Shown here piece by piece: positions 1 to 8,655 of a stretch of 64,000 nucleotides of DNA. Source of the DNA: Candidatus Kerfeldbacteria bacterium (GTDB taxonomy: Bacteria > Patescibacteriota > Patescibacteriia > SBBC01 > CAIJZX01); contig JACPSJ010000004.1 in the NCBI GenBank assembly GCA_016193315.1, positions 65,708 through 129,707 on the forward strand. The letters run 5' to 3'. Position numbers and translations under genes: made by a program. The notes beneath the pieces are model-generated. The model did no database searches and was not told the origin of the DNA. It saw nothing but the letters and a program-made list of their open reading frames with translations. Each line of letters starts with the position of its first letter. The first letter of the stretch is position 1.

Positions 1-717
1 CGCACGGGTGATGGCCTGGCGAATCCACCAGGTGGCGTAGGTCGAAAACTTGTAGCCCTTGCGGTAATCGAACTTCTCGACCGCGCGGAAGAGTCCGATG
101 TTGCCTTCTTGAATCAGGTCGAGGAGCGACAGCGAGCGGCCGGTAAACTTCTTGGCGATCGAGACGACCAATCGCAAGTTGGCTTCGACTAGTCGTTTGG
201 CCGCTTCTTTGTCCGCTGCTTCCTTGCGTTTGGCCAGCTGCACTTCCTCCTCAGCCGTCAAGAGAGGCACCTTACCGATTTCGCGCAGGTACATCTGAAT
301 CGAGTCGCTGGATATGTCGCCGAGGTCGAAATGCCGCTCTTCATGGGGCAGATGTTTCTTGGCTTTGCTCGGCTCGAGGAATTCCGGTTTCTGCGGCGCC
401 AGGATGCTCGGTCCAGTTTCCACCACCGCCACGCCCTGCTGCTCGAACTCGTCAAGGAGTTTCAGGTACCCCGGCAGGTAGTCCTCCAGATCGGGAAAGG
501 CATACAGCAGTTCGGTCTCGGTCACGAACCCGCGCTGCCGACCTTTTTGGATCAGGTTCTTGACCTGGGCCGCCGGAAACACTGCCTGGCGTTCTGGTCG
601 GCGGACAGCTTCAAGCTTGGCGGTCCTTTTTGCCGCTTTGCTTGACCCCCTCGCCTTGGCGGCCAGTTTGGATTTTCCGGCTGAGCCGGACTTACGCGCA
701 GTTTTTTTTGGCGTCAA
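1..717 (-). CDS. rpoD: RNA polymerase primary sigma factor (5' part; runs off the window)
   Basis: Manual translation from TTG at 717 gives [36 protein letters not shown] and [17 protein letters not shown] (sigma70 regions 1.2-2.4). Lies directly downstream of dnaG. Start codon uncertain. Confidence 0.95.
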   Translation of the reverse strand, partial: MTPKKTARKSGSAGKSKLAAKARGSSKAAKRTAKLEAVRRPERQAVFPAAQVKNLIQKGRQRGFVTETELLYAFPDLEDYLPGYLKLLDEFEQQGVAVVETGPSILAPQKPEFLEPSKAKKHLPHEERHFDLGDISSDSIQMYLREIGKVPLLTAEEEVQLAKRKEAADKEAAKRLVEANLRLVVSIAKKFTGRSLSLLDLIQEGNIGLFRAVEKFDYRKGYKFSTYATWWIRQAITRA

Positions 718-725
718 CGGTAACG

Positions 726-2525
726 CTAGTTAAGTTCACGGAGTTGTCTGGTCAGCTGTTGGAAACGGTCGAGCAGGGTCGGCATCGCCGTTTGGTCTCC
801 CGTCGTCTGCCCTTCCAGGCGGCGGATGTCTTGTTCCAGCTCATAGAGCTGCTGCGATAGCCACCGCCGCTTCAGCGCGGTAAACATGGTTAACAGATCT
901 TCTTCGCGGTTGGTGGCATCGCTGGCGGCGCTGAATTCTTTGTCCGCCAGTAAGAAAAGGATGGTAAAGCGCTCTTGCTGATCCGGATCGAGGTCGACGA
1001 CAAGGGTCTCAATTTCCGCCCGCTGGGAAAAGCGGTGTTCAGTGTACCAGACGACGAGCGTCTTGTATAGCCGCTGTAGGTCGTCACCGACCAGGATGGC
1101 TGTTTCCAAACTGCCAGCCACCTGGCTGAGGAGTTGGGGCTGATGGATGAGCAGCGCCAGCAGCCGTTCGGAAATGGCCCGCCAGCGATCGACCGACGAC
1201 GCCGTTGGCGTGACCCCCGCCGATTGGCGGGGAGTTGGTCGACTCGCCGACAGCGATCGTTTGAGCGCGGCTGCTTCTACCCCGACCGCCGCGGCCAGCC
1301 GCTGCAGATAGTGCGCTTGCTCGATCGGATCGGCGACCTTAGCAATGATCGGTAACAACTCCCGGGCCACCGCCTTCTTGTCTTGCACCCGTCGCAGGTC
1401 GTGCTTATCCATCGCCTGGCTGAAAAAGTAATCCAAGGCTGGTTTGGCTTGGGTGATCGCTTGCCCCCAAGCCGCCGGATCGCGGCGGATGAGTTCGTCC
1501 GGATCTTTGCCGTGCGGAACGGTCAGGATGAAGACGTCGACCTGGGCTTGGAGAGCTTGGTCAACTCCGCGGAGCACGGCTTGGGCCCCGGCCGGATCTT
1601 GGTCAAAGGCGAAGATCAGCGCGTTGGTGAAGCGTTTGAGGTAGTGGACCTGGTCGCGCGTCAAGGCCGTGCCGCAGGTGGCCACGACATTGGTCACGCC
1701 GGCTTGGTGAGAAGCCAAACAGTCCATATAGCCTTCGACAATAATGGCTCGGTTGGCTTTCTTGATGGCCGCCCGGGCTTTGTCCAGCCCATAGAGAATC
1801 AAACTCTTGTTGTAAACGATCGTTTGCGGCGAGTTGATGTACTTCGGAGGGATGGCGCGATTCGGCTCGAGGGCCGGCTCGTAGATCCGGCCGCTGAAGG
1901 CGATGGTCGTTCCTTGCGGATCGGCGATCGGGAACATGATCCGGCCGCGGAAACGATCAAGGTACCCGACCCCTCGGTCTTTTTTGATGGTCAGCCCAGC
2001 CTGGAAAATATCGTCGTCGGCAAATCCCTTCTGACGTAACGCTTGATAGGTTGCCTCCGGTTGGGCCGAGGCATAGCCGAGCTGCCAATCTTCGATCGTC
2101 TCATCGGACAGGCCTCGCTCACGGAGGTAGTCTCGGCTGCCGGCCGCTTCCTTGCTCCGGAGCAGCACCTGATGGTAGTACCGACTGACCCAGCGGAGAA
2201 CGTCGAGTACTTTTGTCCGCTGCGTCTGGAGTTTTGGATCGTAATCGCGGAGCGTCACGCCGGCCCGCTTGGCCAAGACGCGCAGCGCTTCGGGAAACTC
2301 GAGGCCTTCGAGCTCTTGGAGAAAAGTAAAGATGTCGCCGCCGCGGCCGCAACCGAAACAATGCCACGTCCCGCGCTCGCGCGAGACCATGAACGATGGC
2401 GTCCGTTCATTATGGAACGGGCACCGCGCTTTCCAGTTCTGCCCGGCCGGCTTCAGCGGTACGTGCTCGTTGATGAAATCAACGAGATCGAGCCGCTGCT
2501 TAATTTCTTCAACTGGGGTTGGCAT
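726..2525 (-). CDS. dnaG: DNA primase
   Basis: CPFH...TPSF...CFGC zinc finger, KYINSP, TOPRIM motifs VEGYMD and FDQD. Confidence 0.98.
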   Translation of the reverse strand: MPTPVEEIKQRLDLVDFINEHVPLKPAGQNWKARCPFHNERTPSFMVSRERGTWHCFGCGRGGDIFTFLQELEGLEFPEALRVLAKRAGVTLRDYDPKLQTQRTKVLDVLRWVSRYYHQVLLRSKEAAGSRDYLRERGLSDETIEDWQLGYASAQPEATYQALRQKGFADDDIFQAGLTIKKDRGVGYLDRFRGRIMFPIADPQGTTIAFSGRIYEPALEPNRAIPPKYINSPQTIVYNKSLILYGLDKARAAIKKANRAIIVEGYMDCLASHQAGVTNVVATCGTALTRDQVHYLKRFTNALIFAFDQDPAGAQAVLRGVDQALQAQVDVFILTVPHGKDPDELIRRDPAAWGQAITQAKPALDYFFSQAMDKHDLRRVQDKKAVARELLPIIAKVADPIEQAHYLQRLAAAVGVEAAALKRSLSASRPTPRQSAGVTPTASSVDRWRAISERLLALLIHQPQLLSQVAGSLETAILVGDDLQRLYKTLVVWYTEHRFSQRAEIETLVVDLDPDQQERFTILFLLADKEFSAASDATNREEDLLTMFTALKRRWLSQQLYELEQDIRRLEGQTTGDQTAMPTLLDRFQQLTRQLRELN

Positions 2526-2529
2526 CTGA

Positions 2530-2631
2530 TTAGTCGTTGACTCGCCGCAAGAATGATTGAGCGCCGGCGAGATCCTGAGCCTGGCCGAATGGATCCAGGC
2601 GCTGTTTGATCTCTTCGACGGGGGTTGGCAT
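2530..2631 (-). pseudogene. Duplicated dnaG 5' end (33-codon ORF; first 13 aa identical to DnaG)
   Basis: Translates to [33 protein letters not shown]; 7 differences in 39 nt versus dnaG, all synonymous. Confidence 0.85.
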
Positions 2632-2730
2632 CTCTCTTACCCTAGCAAACGTTAGCCAAAAACGCCACGTTTGAACTCGGCGATCGCAAAACCACCCCGC
2701 CGGATGGCGAGGCGGTTAACGACGGGTCCG

Positions 2731-3309
2731 TTAGTGGACCAAAATCATGTCGGCCAAGCGGTACTTGATAATCTGGCCCCAGCTGCTATCACCGAGATCG
2801 GCCTCATTCCAAGTGCCGGAGGCTGAAGCATCCCGCCACTGTGTCTGGTCATGGTAGTTCTCCATGAACTCGCCGCTCATCCAGTGGACGTTTGTCCGGC
2901 CCCGCTGCAGCGGACTGGTGGCCGTCCAGTCAACTGCCACCGTCACTTCCTCCGAAGTCAGATAGTCAAAGTCCCAGAGCGTGACCGTGGTTGCCGCCAA
3001 CGACGCGGTATTCAGCCGCCGGTCAACCGTGAACATCGAATTGGCGACGGTTGTTTCCCCGGACATGCAGGTGACCTCCTCGGTCAGGAGGTTGCCGGAA
3101 CAACGACCAACGAAGACAAATGTCCCGTCTTTCGTTTGGTCGGTGGCCACGAAGGTGTCGGTGAAATCTTCCTCCGTGCCGGTGAACCATTCGGCCGCCG
3201 CTCCTTGGCCGTTGGCCCGGAATTTTGTTAGCGACTCCAGTGCCTGGGCCGGCTGGGGGACCATCGTGATCATCACTCCCACCACCAGGCTGGCGATAAA
3301 GACTTTCAT
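2731..3309 (-). CDS. Hypothetical secreted protein
   Basis: 192 aa ORF with a signal-peptide-like N-terminus (AQA cleavage motif). Confidence 0.75.
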   Translation of the reverse strand: MKVFIASLVVGVMITMVPQPAQALESLTKFRANGQGAAAEWFTGTEEDFTDTFVATDQTKDGTFVFVGRCSGNLLTEEVTCMSGETTVANSMFTVDRRLNTASLAATTVTLWDFDYLTSEEVTVAVDWTATSPLQRGRTNVHWMSGEFMENYHDQTQWRDASASGTWNEADLGDSSWGQIIKYRLADMILVH

Positions 3310-3415
3310 AGGCCTAAAGCATAGTGATTAATCCCGTCCTTCTGATGCTAACGCCCACCAGGCAACGACCTTCTCCCCGCAACCTACAGCCGGAGGCGCC
3401 CCCTGCCAAGTCAAG

Positions 3416-3790
3416 CTATGGCCGGGCTGGATTCTTGCTTCTACCCATCAACCACCCCACCACGGCGGCGATGAGCGCCGGTGAGACGCCGACCAGATAC
3501 ATCCGCATGACTCGGAAAAACGATTCATCTGAACTGTTGAATATCGCTTCCAGCAGCACGACCACCAGGAGAAAGAGTAGCGGACGTTTCAGCCAGCGAC
3601 CGATCACGAAGGCAATGGGGATGATAATCAGTCCAGAAATCAGGATGGGAAAAAATATCCCCAAATGGTTAGACAGGCGGTCACCGCAGAATAGCAATCC
3701 GCCCAAGCAGAATGAGCGATAGAGTAGCGCTCCGAGAAATGACGTGACCACATTAAGCCCCAGCGCCAGCCAGAGCATTCGAGTCGACAT
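3416..3790 (-). CDS. Hypothetical membrane protein
   Basis: About four hydrophobic segments; start chosen at MSTRML. Confidence 0.7.
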   Translation of the reverse strand: MSTRMLWLALGLNVVTSFLGALLYRSFCLGGLLFCGDRLSNHLGIFFPILISGLIIIPIAFVIGRWLKRPLLFLLVVVLLEAIFNSSDESFFRVMRMYLVGVSPALIAAVVGWLMGRSKNPARP

Positions 3791-3819
3791 AACGTTCGTG
3801 GGCAGTGATCCGAACATGC

Positions 3820-4239
3820 CTAGTAGCTCGCCTCCCAACGAACCGGCGGCTCGGACCCATTATCCATGAAGCGCATCCACTGCGGCGTGAACTTGAAGAA
3901 GACGCTGCCGGTCAGCACGTGCCGGTCATATTCGGGGTGCTTGACCACGAACAGAGCCTTCATCCGTTCCAGCTCTGGGCCGCTCAGTTCGACCGCCGCG
4001 CCGTGCATTTGCAACGATTGCCAACCCTTGCTGAACGCCAGGGCGGCTTTGGGGTTCTGCTTTAGATTGTGATATTTTCTGGTCGGATGGGTGCCGAAGA
4101 TGATGTCCAGGTCCGGCGTCTCGGCAAACAGAATAACTGCCGCCCCGGGCATGCACTGACGGTCAGTGGTGGCGATGACCATCACCGGGTGACTGGACAG
4201 GAATTCGAGTGTCGCCTGACGTTGCTGTGCAGTTAACAC
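3820..4239 (-). CDS. Pyridoxamine 5'-phosphate oxidase-like (split-barrel, flavin/heme-binding) protein
   Basis: VMVIAT...TRKYHNLKQNPKAAL...LQMHG pattern typical of the family. Confidence 0.8.
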   Translation of the reverse strand: MLTAQQRQATLEFLSSHPVMVIATTDRQCMPGAAVILFAETPDLDIIFGTHPTRKYHNLKQNPKAALAFSKGWQSLQMHGAAVELSGPELERMKALFVVKHPEYDRHVLTGSVFFKFTPQWMRFMDNGSEPPVRWEASY

Positions 4240-4246
4240 GGTCTCG

Positions 4247-4576
4247 TCACGAACGCCGAGCCTCGATCATGAACAACAGCGCCAGCGCTACGGTGGCAAA
4301 GACCCCGGTCCAAAAGAGCCACCGCCAAGCGGTCTCCACCCGACGCTCGTCACTTAACCGGTTGGTCGGAACGAGCAGCACCCAACTCACCAAGAACGCC
4401 GCCAGAGCTAATGCGCCCTTGCCCAGCCAGTGGTGAGTAAACGCACCTTTCAACCAATCTTTCCATCCGGGTTGCAGTTCGCCGATCACCGTCAGTAGGG
4501 TGACGACCATGATCGCCACCGTCGCCGCCATGATGGGCGCGACGAGGATCGAAGTTTTTTTCTCGGTTTGTTCCAT
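4247..4576 (-). CDS. Small membrane protein with HHW motif
   Basis: MEQTEKK start, three hydrophobic segments, FTHHWLGK; tightly packed in the operon. Confidence 0.75.
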   Translation of the reverse strand: MEQTEKKTSILVAPIMAATVAIMVVTLLTVIGELQPGWKDWLKGAFTHHWLGKGALALAAFLVSWVLLVPTNRLSDERRVETAWRWLFWTGVFATVALALLFMIEARRS

Positions 4577-4581
4577 AAACG

Positions 4582-5037
4582 CTATCGTACCGCTCCGGAA
4601 ATGCCGGTGCCAGCCAGCGCCATGGCCGCCCCGAGAAAGACAATCAGCCCGCACAGCCAGCCCAACCAGCGGCGGGTTCCGTCCGGCAACTGATCGCCCG
4701 GACTGACCCGCCAGATGGCAATCGTCACCACCGCCGCCAGGAATGGTAAGAACAGAAAGACGTGCTCTTTCCACTCCATCAGGAAGGCATGTGCCCACGG
4801 GTACGGCCCAGCCTTGATGAGGGGCTTAACGGTGGCACCGTAGTAGGTGACGTAATACACCGCCCCCGTCACCCAGGAAACAAGGATCATGATCAGCCCA
4901 GTCATACTCTCGGCCCGGAGGGCGCGGAAATTCTTGGCGCCGCGAAGCAGATTGAACCACGCACCATAGAATCCAGCCGTGCCGGCCAAACCAGCTAACA
5001 CGTGGATTACCAAGTAGATTGTCAGGGCCGAGGTCAT
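4582..5037 (-). CDS. Four-TM membrane protein with intramembrane His residues
   Basis: IHVLAGL...PWAHAFLMEWKEHVFLF. Confidence 0.8.
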   Translation of the reverse strand: MTSALTIYLVIHVLAGLAGTAGFYGAWFNLLRGAKNFRALRAESMTGLIMILVSWVTGAVYYVTYYGATVKPLIKAGPYPWAHAFLMEWKEHVFLFLPFLAAVVTIAIWRVSPGDQLPDGTRRWLGWLCGLIVFLGAAMALAGTGISGAVR

Positions 5038-5531
5038 GGCTGTTTCATCCTTGGTTCCTCAGACTGTCGGAAAATCGCGGCCACCATGATGACCACCAAG
5101 AGGTAAACAGTAACGATCATCCAGAAGGACCATTCCAAACCCCGCCAGGCACCCAGGATTAAGGCGCTGTACCATGAGACGATCGACACCGCCGCGCCCA
5201 GCCAGAGCGGGATCTTCCGCACCTGGAGGAGCAGGGCATTGCCAAGAATGATGCCGGTCAAGATCAACTTGACCCAGATTCGCGGTTCGTAGAGCCACTC
5301 GCTGTGACCGGACAGCCGCGCCAGCAGAAAGAATCCGAAGCCGGAGACCACCAATAACGCCATGCCGAAGCGCATGACCGCGTACGAAATACGGAGCATC
5401 GGCGCTTCGCTCGGGTCAATGACTTGGTCGCGGCGGGCTTGGCGGAACAGCAGTTCGGCCATGGTCGCGCCGCCGACACCCAGGACGGTACCGACGATGT
5501 GGAGAATCGAGAGAATAACTGACCACGACAT
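5034..5531 (-). CDS. Membrane protein (loosely CopD/DUF2269-like)
   Basis: LHIVGTVLGVGGAT...LLVVSG...WVKL; ATGA overlap with the next gene. Confidence 0.75.
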   Translation of the reverse strand: MSWSVILSILHIVGTVLGVGGATMAELLFRQARRDQVIDPSEAPMLRISYAVMRFGMALLVVSGFGFFLLARLSGHSEWLYEPRIWVKLILTGIILGNALLLQVRKIPLWLGAAVSIVSWYSALILGAWRGLEWSFWMIVTVYLLVVIMVAAIFRQSEEPRMKQP

Positions 5532-5535
5532 AGGT

Positions 5536-5883
5536 TTAGAACGGCAGTCGGTGCCTGCTCCTGAGCTGATGGAGTATCCGGCAGGTATCGACGATGCGTC
5601 GATCCGTTATCCGATAGACCACACGCGGTCCGGCCACGGAACCCGTGACGTTCCTCCGCTGCGCCGTCACCAGCCCGGCCAGGCGAAGCAAACCGAGGTG
5701 TTGAGAGATGTTAGCCTTTCGCCGGGCGATGATCCTCGCTAACTCCTGCACAGTCAAATCCCCTTGACTTAGCAAGTTCAGGATCTCCAACCGCACCGGG
5801 TGAGCCATCAGCCGATAGGTGGCGGCGTTTTGTCCGTAGGCCCGCCGTGGCAGCGGGGATTTCACGCGATGAGAATTCTTCAT
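5536..5883 (-). CDS. ArsR/SmtB family transcriptional regulator
   Basis: MAHPVRLEILNLL...ANISQHLGLLRLAGLV. Confidence 0.92.
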   Translation of the reverse strand: MKNSHRVKSPLPRRAYGQNAATYRLMAHPVRLEILNLLSQGDLTVQELARIIARRKANISQHLGLLRLAGLVTAQRRNVTGSVAGPRVVYRITDRRIVDTCRILHQLRSRHRLPF

Positions 5884-5972
5884 GGTGCTGTGATCTGCCC
5901 TTGGCCAGAAGAAATACTTTCACCGCCAAATGGGTGGCCGGGGACGAAAAGCATTACTAGACGGGTTTCATT

Positions 5973-6020
5973 GTTTCGAAACTCCGAAACTATTATGGTC
6001 CCCGACACGAATTCTGTCAA
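5973..6020 (-). promoter_or_regulatory. Sigma70 promoter and candidate ArsR operator
   Basis: TTGACA (6020-6015), 17 nt spacer, CATAAT (5997-5992), followed by the inverted repeat GTTTCG-N6-CGAAAC (5973-5990). Confidence 0.6.
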
Positions 6021-6084
6021 GTGAATACGGCCGGGCAATATTTTTGCCAAGCCGAACCGATTTTGGAATCTGCGCTTTTACGAT

Positions 6085-6846
6085 CTACCGTGTTGTCACG
6101 TTGACCAGTTCGACTTGCTCCTCGCCCCCCTTGACTGACTCTTCGAGAACTACAAAACCAACCTGCGGGCAGTAATATTTGTATTCATTCAGGCTCTTTT
6201 CCACCACGCTCCAATCGCGTGTTTGGAGACAGTGATCGAATGTGCCGGAGGGTACCCGGACTGTTTGTTCGAGGGCCACAACATCCCCCATGTCCTCGGC
6301 TATCCCGGCATAGTACTCTTGACGGTACCGGTCACCGACCTTGGGATTGGCCAACATCACGATTCCCGGCTTGGCGCCATCGATACCGACCTCCCAAGAG
6401 CCGTCATGATTTTTCAGTTTCCCGTTCTCATAGTTGTCGACTGCTTCGCCGAAGTACCACACGTCGCCGTTCTTGGCCTGGGCATACCAATCCCTCGTAT
6501 CTTCCGCCAGCTGGTTATCGACCCAAGCTCGATCTCTGACCTCGACCGTGGCAACGTCCATGACCGTCTTGATCTCGTTCGTCACTTCCGTCTCGATGCG
6601 TTCGTTACTCCCAGCCGCACTGTTCTGATAGGAAAACTTTTGGCCCGGGACCAGCGTAAAGAAACGGTTGTTGATGGTGGTCGAAAAATCAGCCGGGTTG
6701 ATGACTGGTTGGTAGGATGAATTGACAAGCGTTGTGGTGTGGTCGTTCTGCTCGGCTTTTGGTTGTTTAGAGATATAGTAAAGTCCGCTAAAAATTACGG
6801 CCACCACGGCCAGGCCAATGATTAAGTAGATGGATGGTTTGGTCAT
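6085..6846 (-). CDS. Hypothetical membrane-anchored exported protein
   Basis: 253 aa with an N-terminal TM helix and a globular domain (DWYAQ..GDVWYFGE). Confidence 0.8.
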   Translation of the reverse strand: MTKPSIYLIIGLAVVAVIFSGLYYISKQPKAEQNDHTTTLVNSSYQPVINPADFSTTINNRFFTLVPGQKFSYQNSAAGSNERIETEVTNEIKTVMDVATVEVRDRAWVDNQLAEDTRDWYAQAKNGDVWYFGEAVDNYENGKLKNHDGSWEVGIDGAKPGIVMLANPKVGDRYRQEYYAGIAEDMGDVVALEQTVRVPSGTFDHCLQTRDWSVVEKSLNEYKYYCPQVGFVVLEESVKGGEEQVELVNVTTR

Positions 6847-6877
6847 GAGTTGACCCTACTAAGTTGGTTGGCGACCG

Positions 6878-7588
6878 TCACCGAAGACGTAGACGGCGGG
6901 CCACCTGGGTGAGGTGCCCCACGTTCGCAAGCATGATCAGGGTCTTTTGTGCATTTTTCCCGGGGCCGATTTGAGGCCGGTGGGTCAGGTCGATACTTAA
7001 ACCAAGCACCGCCGATAACCTTCCTGATACAAGCAGTGGTTCTAACTTTCGTAATAATTGGTCAAACTTTAGATAACCGGCTCGCTTATTAAAATGCCCC
7101 GCATTTGCGATAAAAGATAGTTCGACCCCTAGATGTTCTGATAATTCTTTGCCATTGGCGAGTGACACATAGGGATCATCGTCAGATTGAAATACAACAA
7201 AGTGCCTTGCATTTGTCTTGATAGTTTCCCAATCAAAATCAAAACCGCTAAAAGCACTATCTCGGTCATAATGAAGGATCGGTCGTACCCCAATAGGCGT
7301 TCCCACAAATATAGCGGCTTTTATAGGGGTCTTGATCTTCTCCAGTGCTCGAAGAGTGAAGATACCGCCTAAGCTGTGTCCGATGAAAATTGTATCGTGG
7401 TCGATGTATTTTTCATAATCTTTTAGCACGTCGAACCATTCACTTACCTTTGCTGGTACTACGGGAAGTGAAGGAAATTGGGGAACAAAAACTTTGTGCC
7501 CTAATGCTTCAAGCCTCTCTTTAAGCCAGGGAAACCAATTTTCTTCCGGGTACCCTTCTGTCCCGTGAACAATAAAGACCGTCCTCAT
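6878..7588 (-). CDS. RBBP9/YdeN-family alpha/beta hydrolase (AT-rich, probably acquired)
   Basis: IVHG..G.PEENWFPWL, GHSLG nucleophile elbow, SDDDPYV, AGHF. Confidence 0.92.
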   Translation of the reverse strand: MRTVFIVHGTEGYPEENWFPWLKERLEALGHKVFVPQFPSLPVVPAKVSEWFDVLKDYEKYIDHDTIFIGHSLGGIFTLRALEKIKTPIKAAIFVGTPIGVRPILHYDRDSAFSGFDFDWETIKTNARHFVVFQSDDDPYVSLANGKELSEHLGVELSFIANAGHFNKRAGYLKFDQLLRKLEPLLVSGRLSAVLGLSIDLTHRPQIGPGKNAQKTLIMLANVGHLTQVARRLRLR

Positions 7589-7669
7589 GTCTTACTATTC
7601 GTTATTGTTAGGCCATCTGGTGGCACGATACTTTGTTCTATTGGCGGAGGCGGGAGCCCCGCACCAGAG

Positions 7670-7926
7670 CGGAGAGAGGGAGATTCGCCCGGCGAAGCCG
7701 GGTCCGGTTTCGCCGGAAACTCTCAATACCTCGGGTTACACGCTTTCTCCCGCCAGTGGCGGAGAGGACAGGATTCGAACCTGCGATACTTTGCAGTATA
7801 CACGCTTTCCAAGCGTGCGCCTTCAACCACTCGGCCACCTCTCCGCCACTGGCGGGATCTCGCCCGTATTGTAAATAAGTTTGGAGCTCGACAACCGAGC
7901 GCACTCGACCACCATGCGATCTCTCC
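7670..7926 (-). pseudogene. Middle interrupted tRNA-Ser remnant
   Basis: GGAGAGA/TCTCTCC-G acceptor; D arm CGCA-TGGTGGTCGAG-TGCG; 3' half GAAAGCGTGT...GAGAG TT[30 nt insert]CGAAT CTCCC. Confidence 0.7.
7757..7844 (-). tRNA. tRNA-Ser(GGA)
   Basis: GGAGAGG...CACGC TT GGA AA GCGTG, long variable arm, GCAGG TTCGAAT CCTGT, CCTCTCC GCCA. Confidence 0.97.
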
Positions 7927-7961
7927 GCTCTGGTGCGGGGCAGGAACGCCTATTCACCACT

Positions 7962-8126
7962 CTAGAACTCATTTCAAAACCTGCTTTCAGGGCGAAATGG
8001 TCGGTTTCGCGGGCGAGGCGCTGCGGCGGAGGGTGAAATGTATTGGAGATACATTGAACCCGGGCCGCCAGCCGGAGCCCGAAATCGGGCCTGGCAGCCG
8101 AAATGAGGTTTTGAAATGAGTTCTAG
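7962..8126. mobile_element. MITE (about 165 bp) with perfect 21-bp terminal inverted repeats including CTAG
   Basis: CTAGAACTCATTTCAAAACCT (7962-7982) / AGGTTTTGAAATGAGTTCTAG (8106-8126); no transposase inside. Confidence 0.85.
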
Positions 8127-8304
8127 CCTGCCGCGTGGCGCGAAGCGCTTTACGCGGCACGCCTCCGTTCGAGCATCAGCGCTGAGAACCGCTCCCACCC
8201 TACCAAAAAAATAGCGACAAGAAAAGCCCTTCCGGGGGATGGAAGGGGTGAATCCAAGAAGCGAGGCTTGTGTTCGCCGCCCGACGGCGAGGGAACCGCC
8301 CGTC

Positions 8305-8655
8305 CTAGGCGACCGCCATTTCGGCGGGAGTTTCGGTCGGCATCGGCCGCCCGAGAATCGCCGCGTTGGCCTTGGCCAAGACCTGGTTGGCCCATGCTTG
8401 ACCATCGTCGCCCGGTCTCAACCCGGCCAAGAACTCCCTGGCCGGATCACAGTATCGCCCGAGAACCGCGCGCCGCGTTGGCGTATCCTGTCCGTGGCCG
8501 AAGAGATGCGTTGCACGCATGTGCAACTGCAGTGGGCTGCCCCTGGCCAGCAGCGCCTCGACCTCCTGGGACTCGAGTCCCATGGCCAGCAGCTGCTGCT
8601 CGAGGCGGTCGAGGGCGCTTCCTAGTTCCGGGCAGACAGATTCGGTGATGTCCAT
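8305..8655 (-). CDS. Hypothetical protein
   Basis: 116 aa ATG ORF preceded by GGAGG. Confidence 0.6.
   Translation of the reverse strand: MDITESVCPELGSALDRLEQQLLAMGLESQEVEALLARGSPLQLHMRATHLFGHGQDTPTRRAVLGRYCDPAREFLAGLRPGDDGQAWANQVLAKANAAILGRPMPTETPAEMAVA

Larger units (their letters stand above)
7642..8166 (-). pseudogene. Outer interrupted tRNA-Ser remnant (probably GCT)
   Basis: 5' GGAGGCG (8166-8160) pairs with 3' CGCCTCC-G-CCA (7652-7642). Removing the inserts gives GGAGGCG TG CTAG AGTGGTGAA TAG G CGTTC CT GC... Confidence 0.65.

Noticed and set aside
7738-7892. Group I intron in a tRNA-Asn (joining GT and TAA would give a GTT anticodon)
   Set aside because: The insert is about 155 nt, of which 88 nt is a tRNA, so there is no room for a group I core. 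The flanks are Ser-type.
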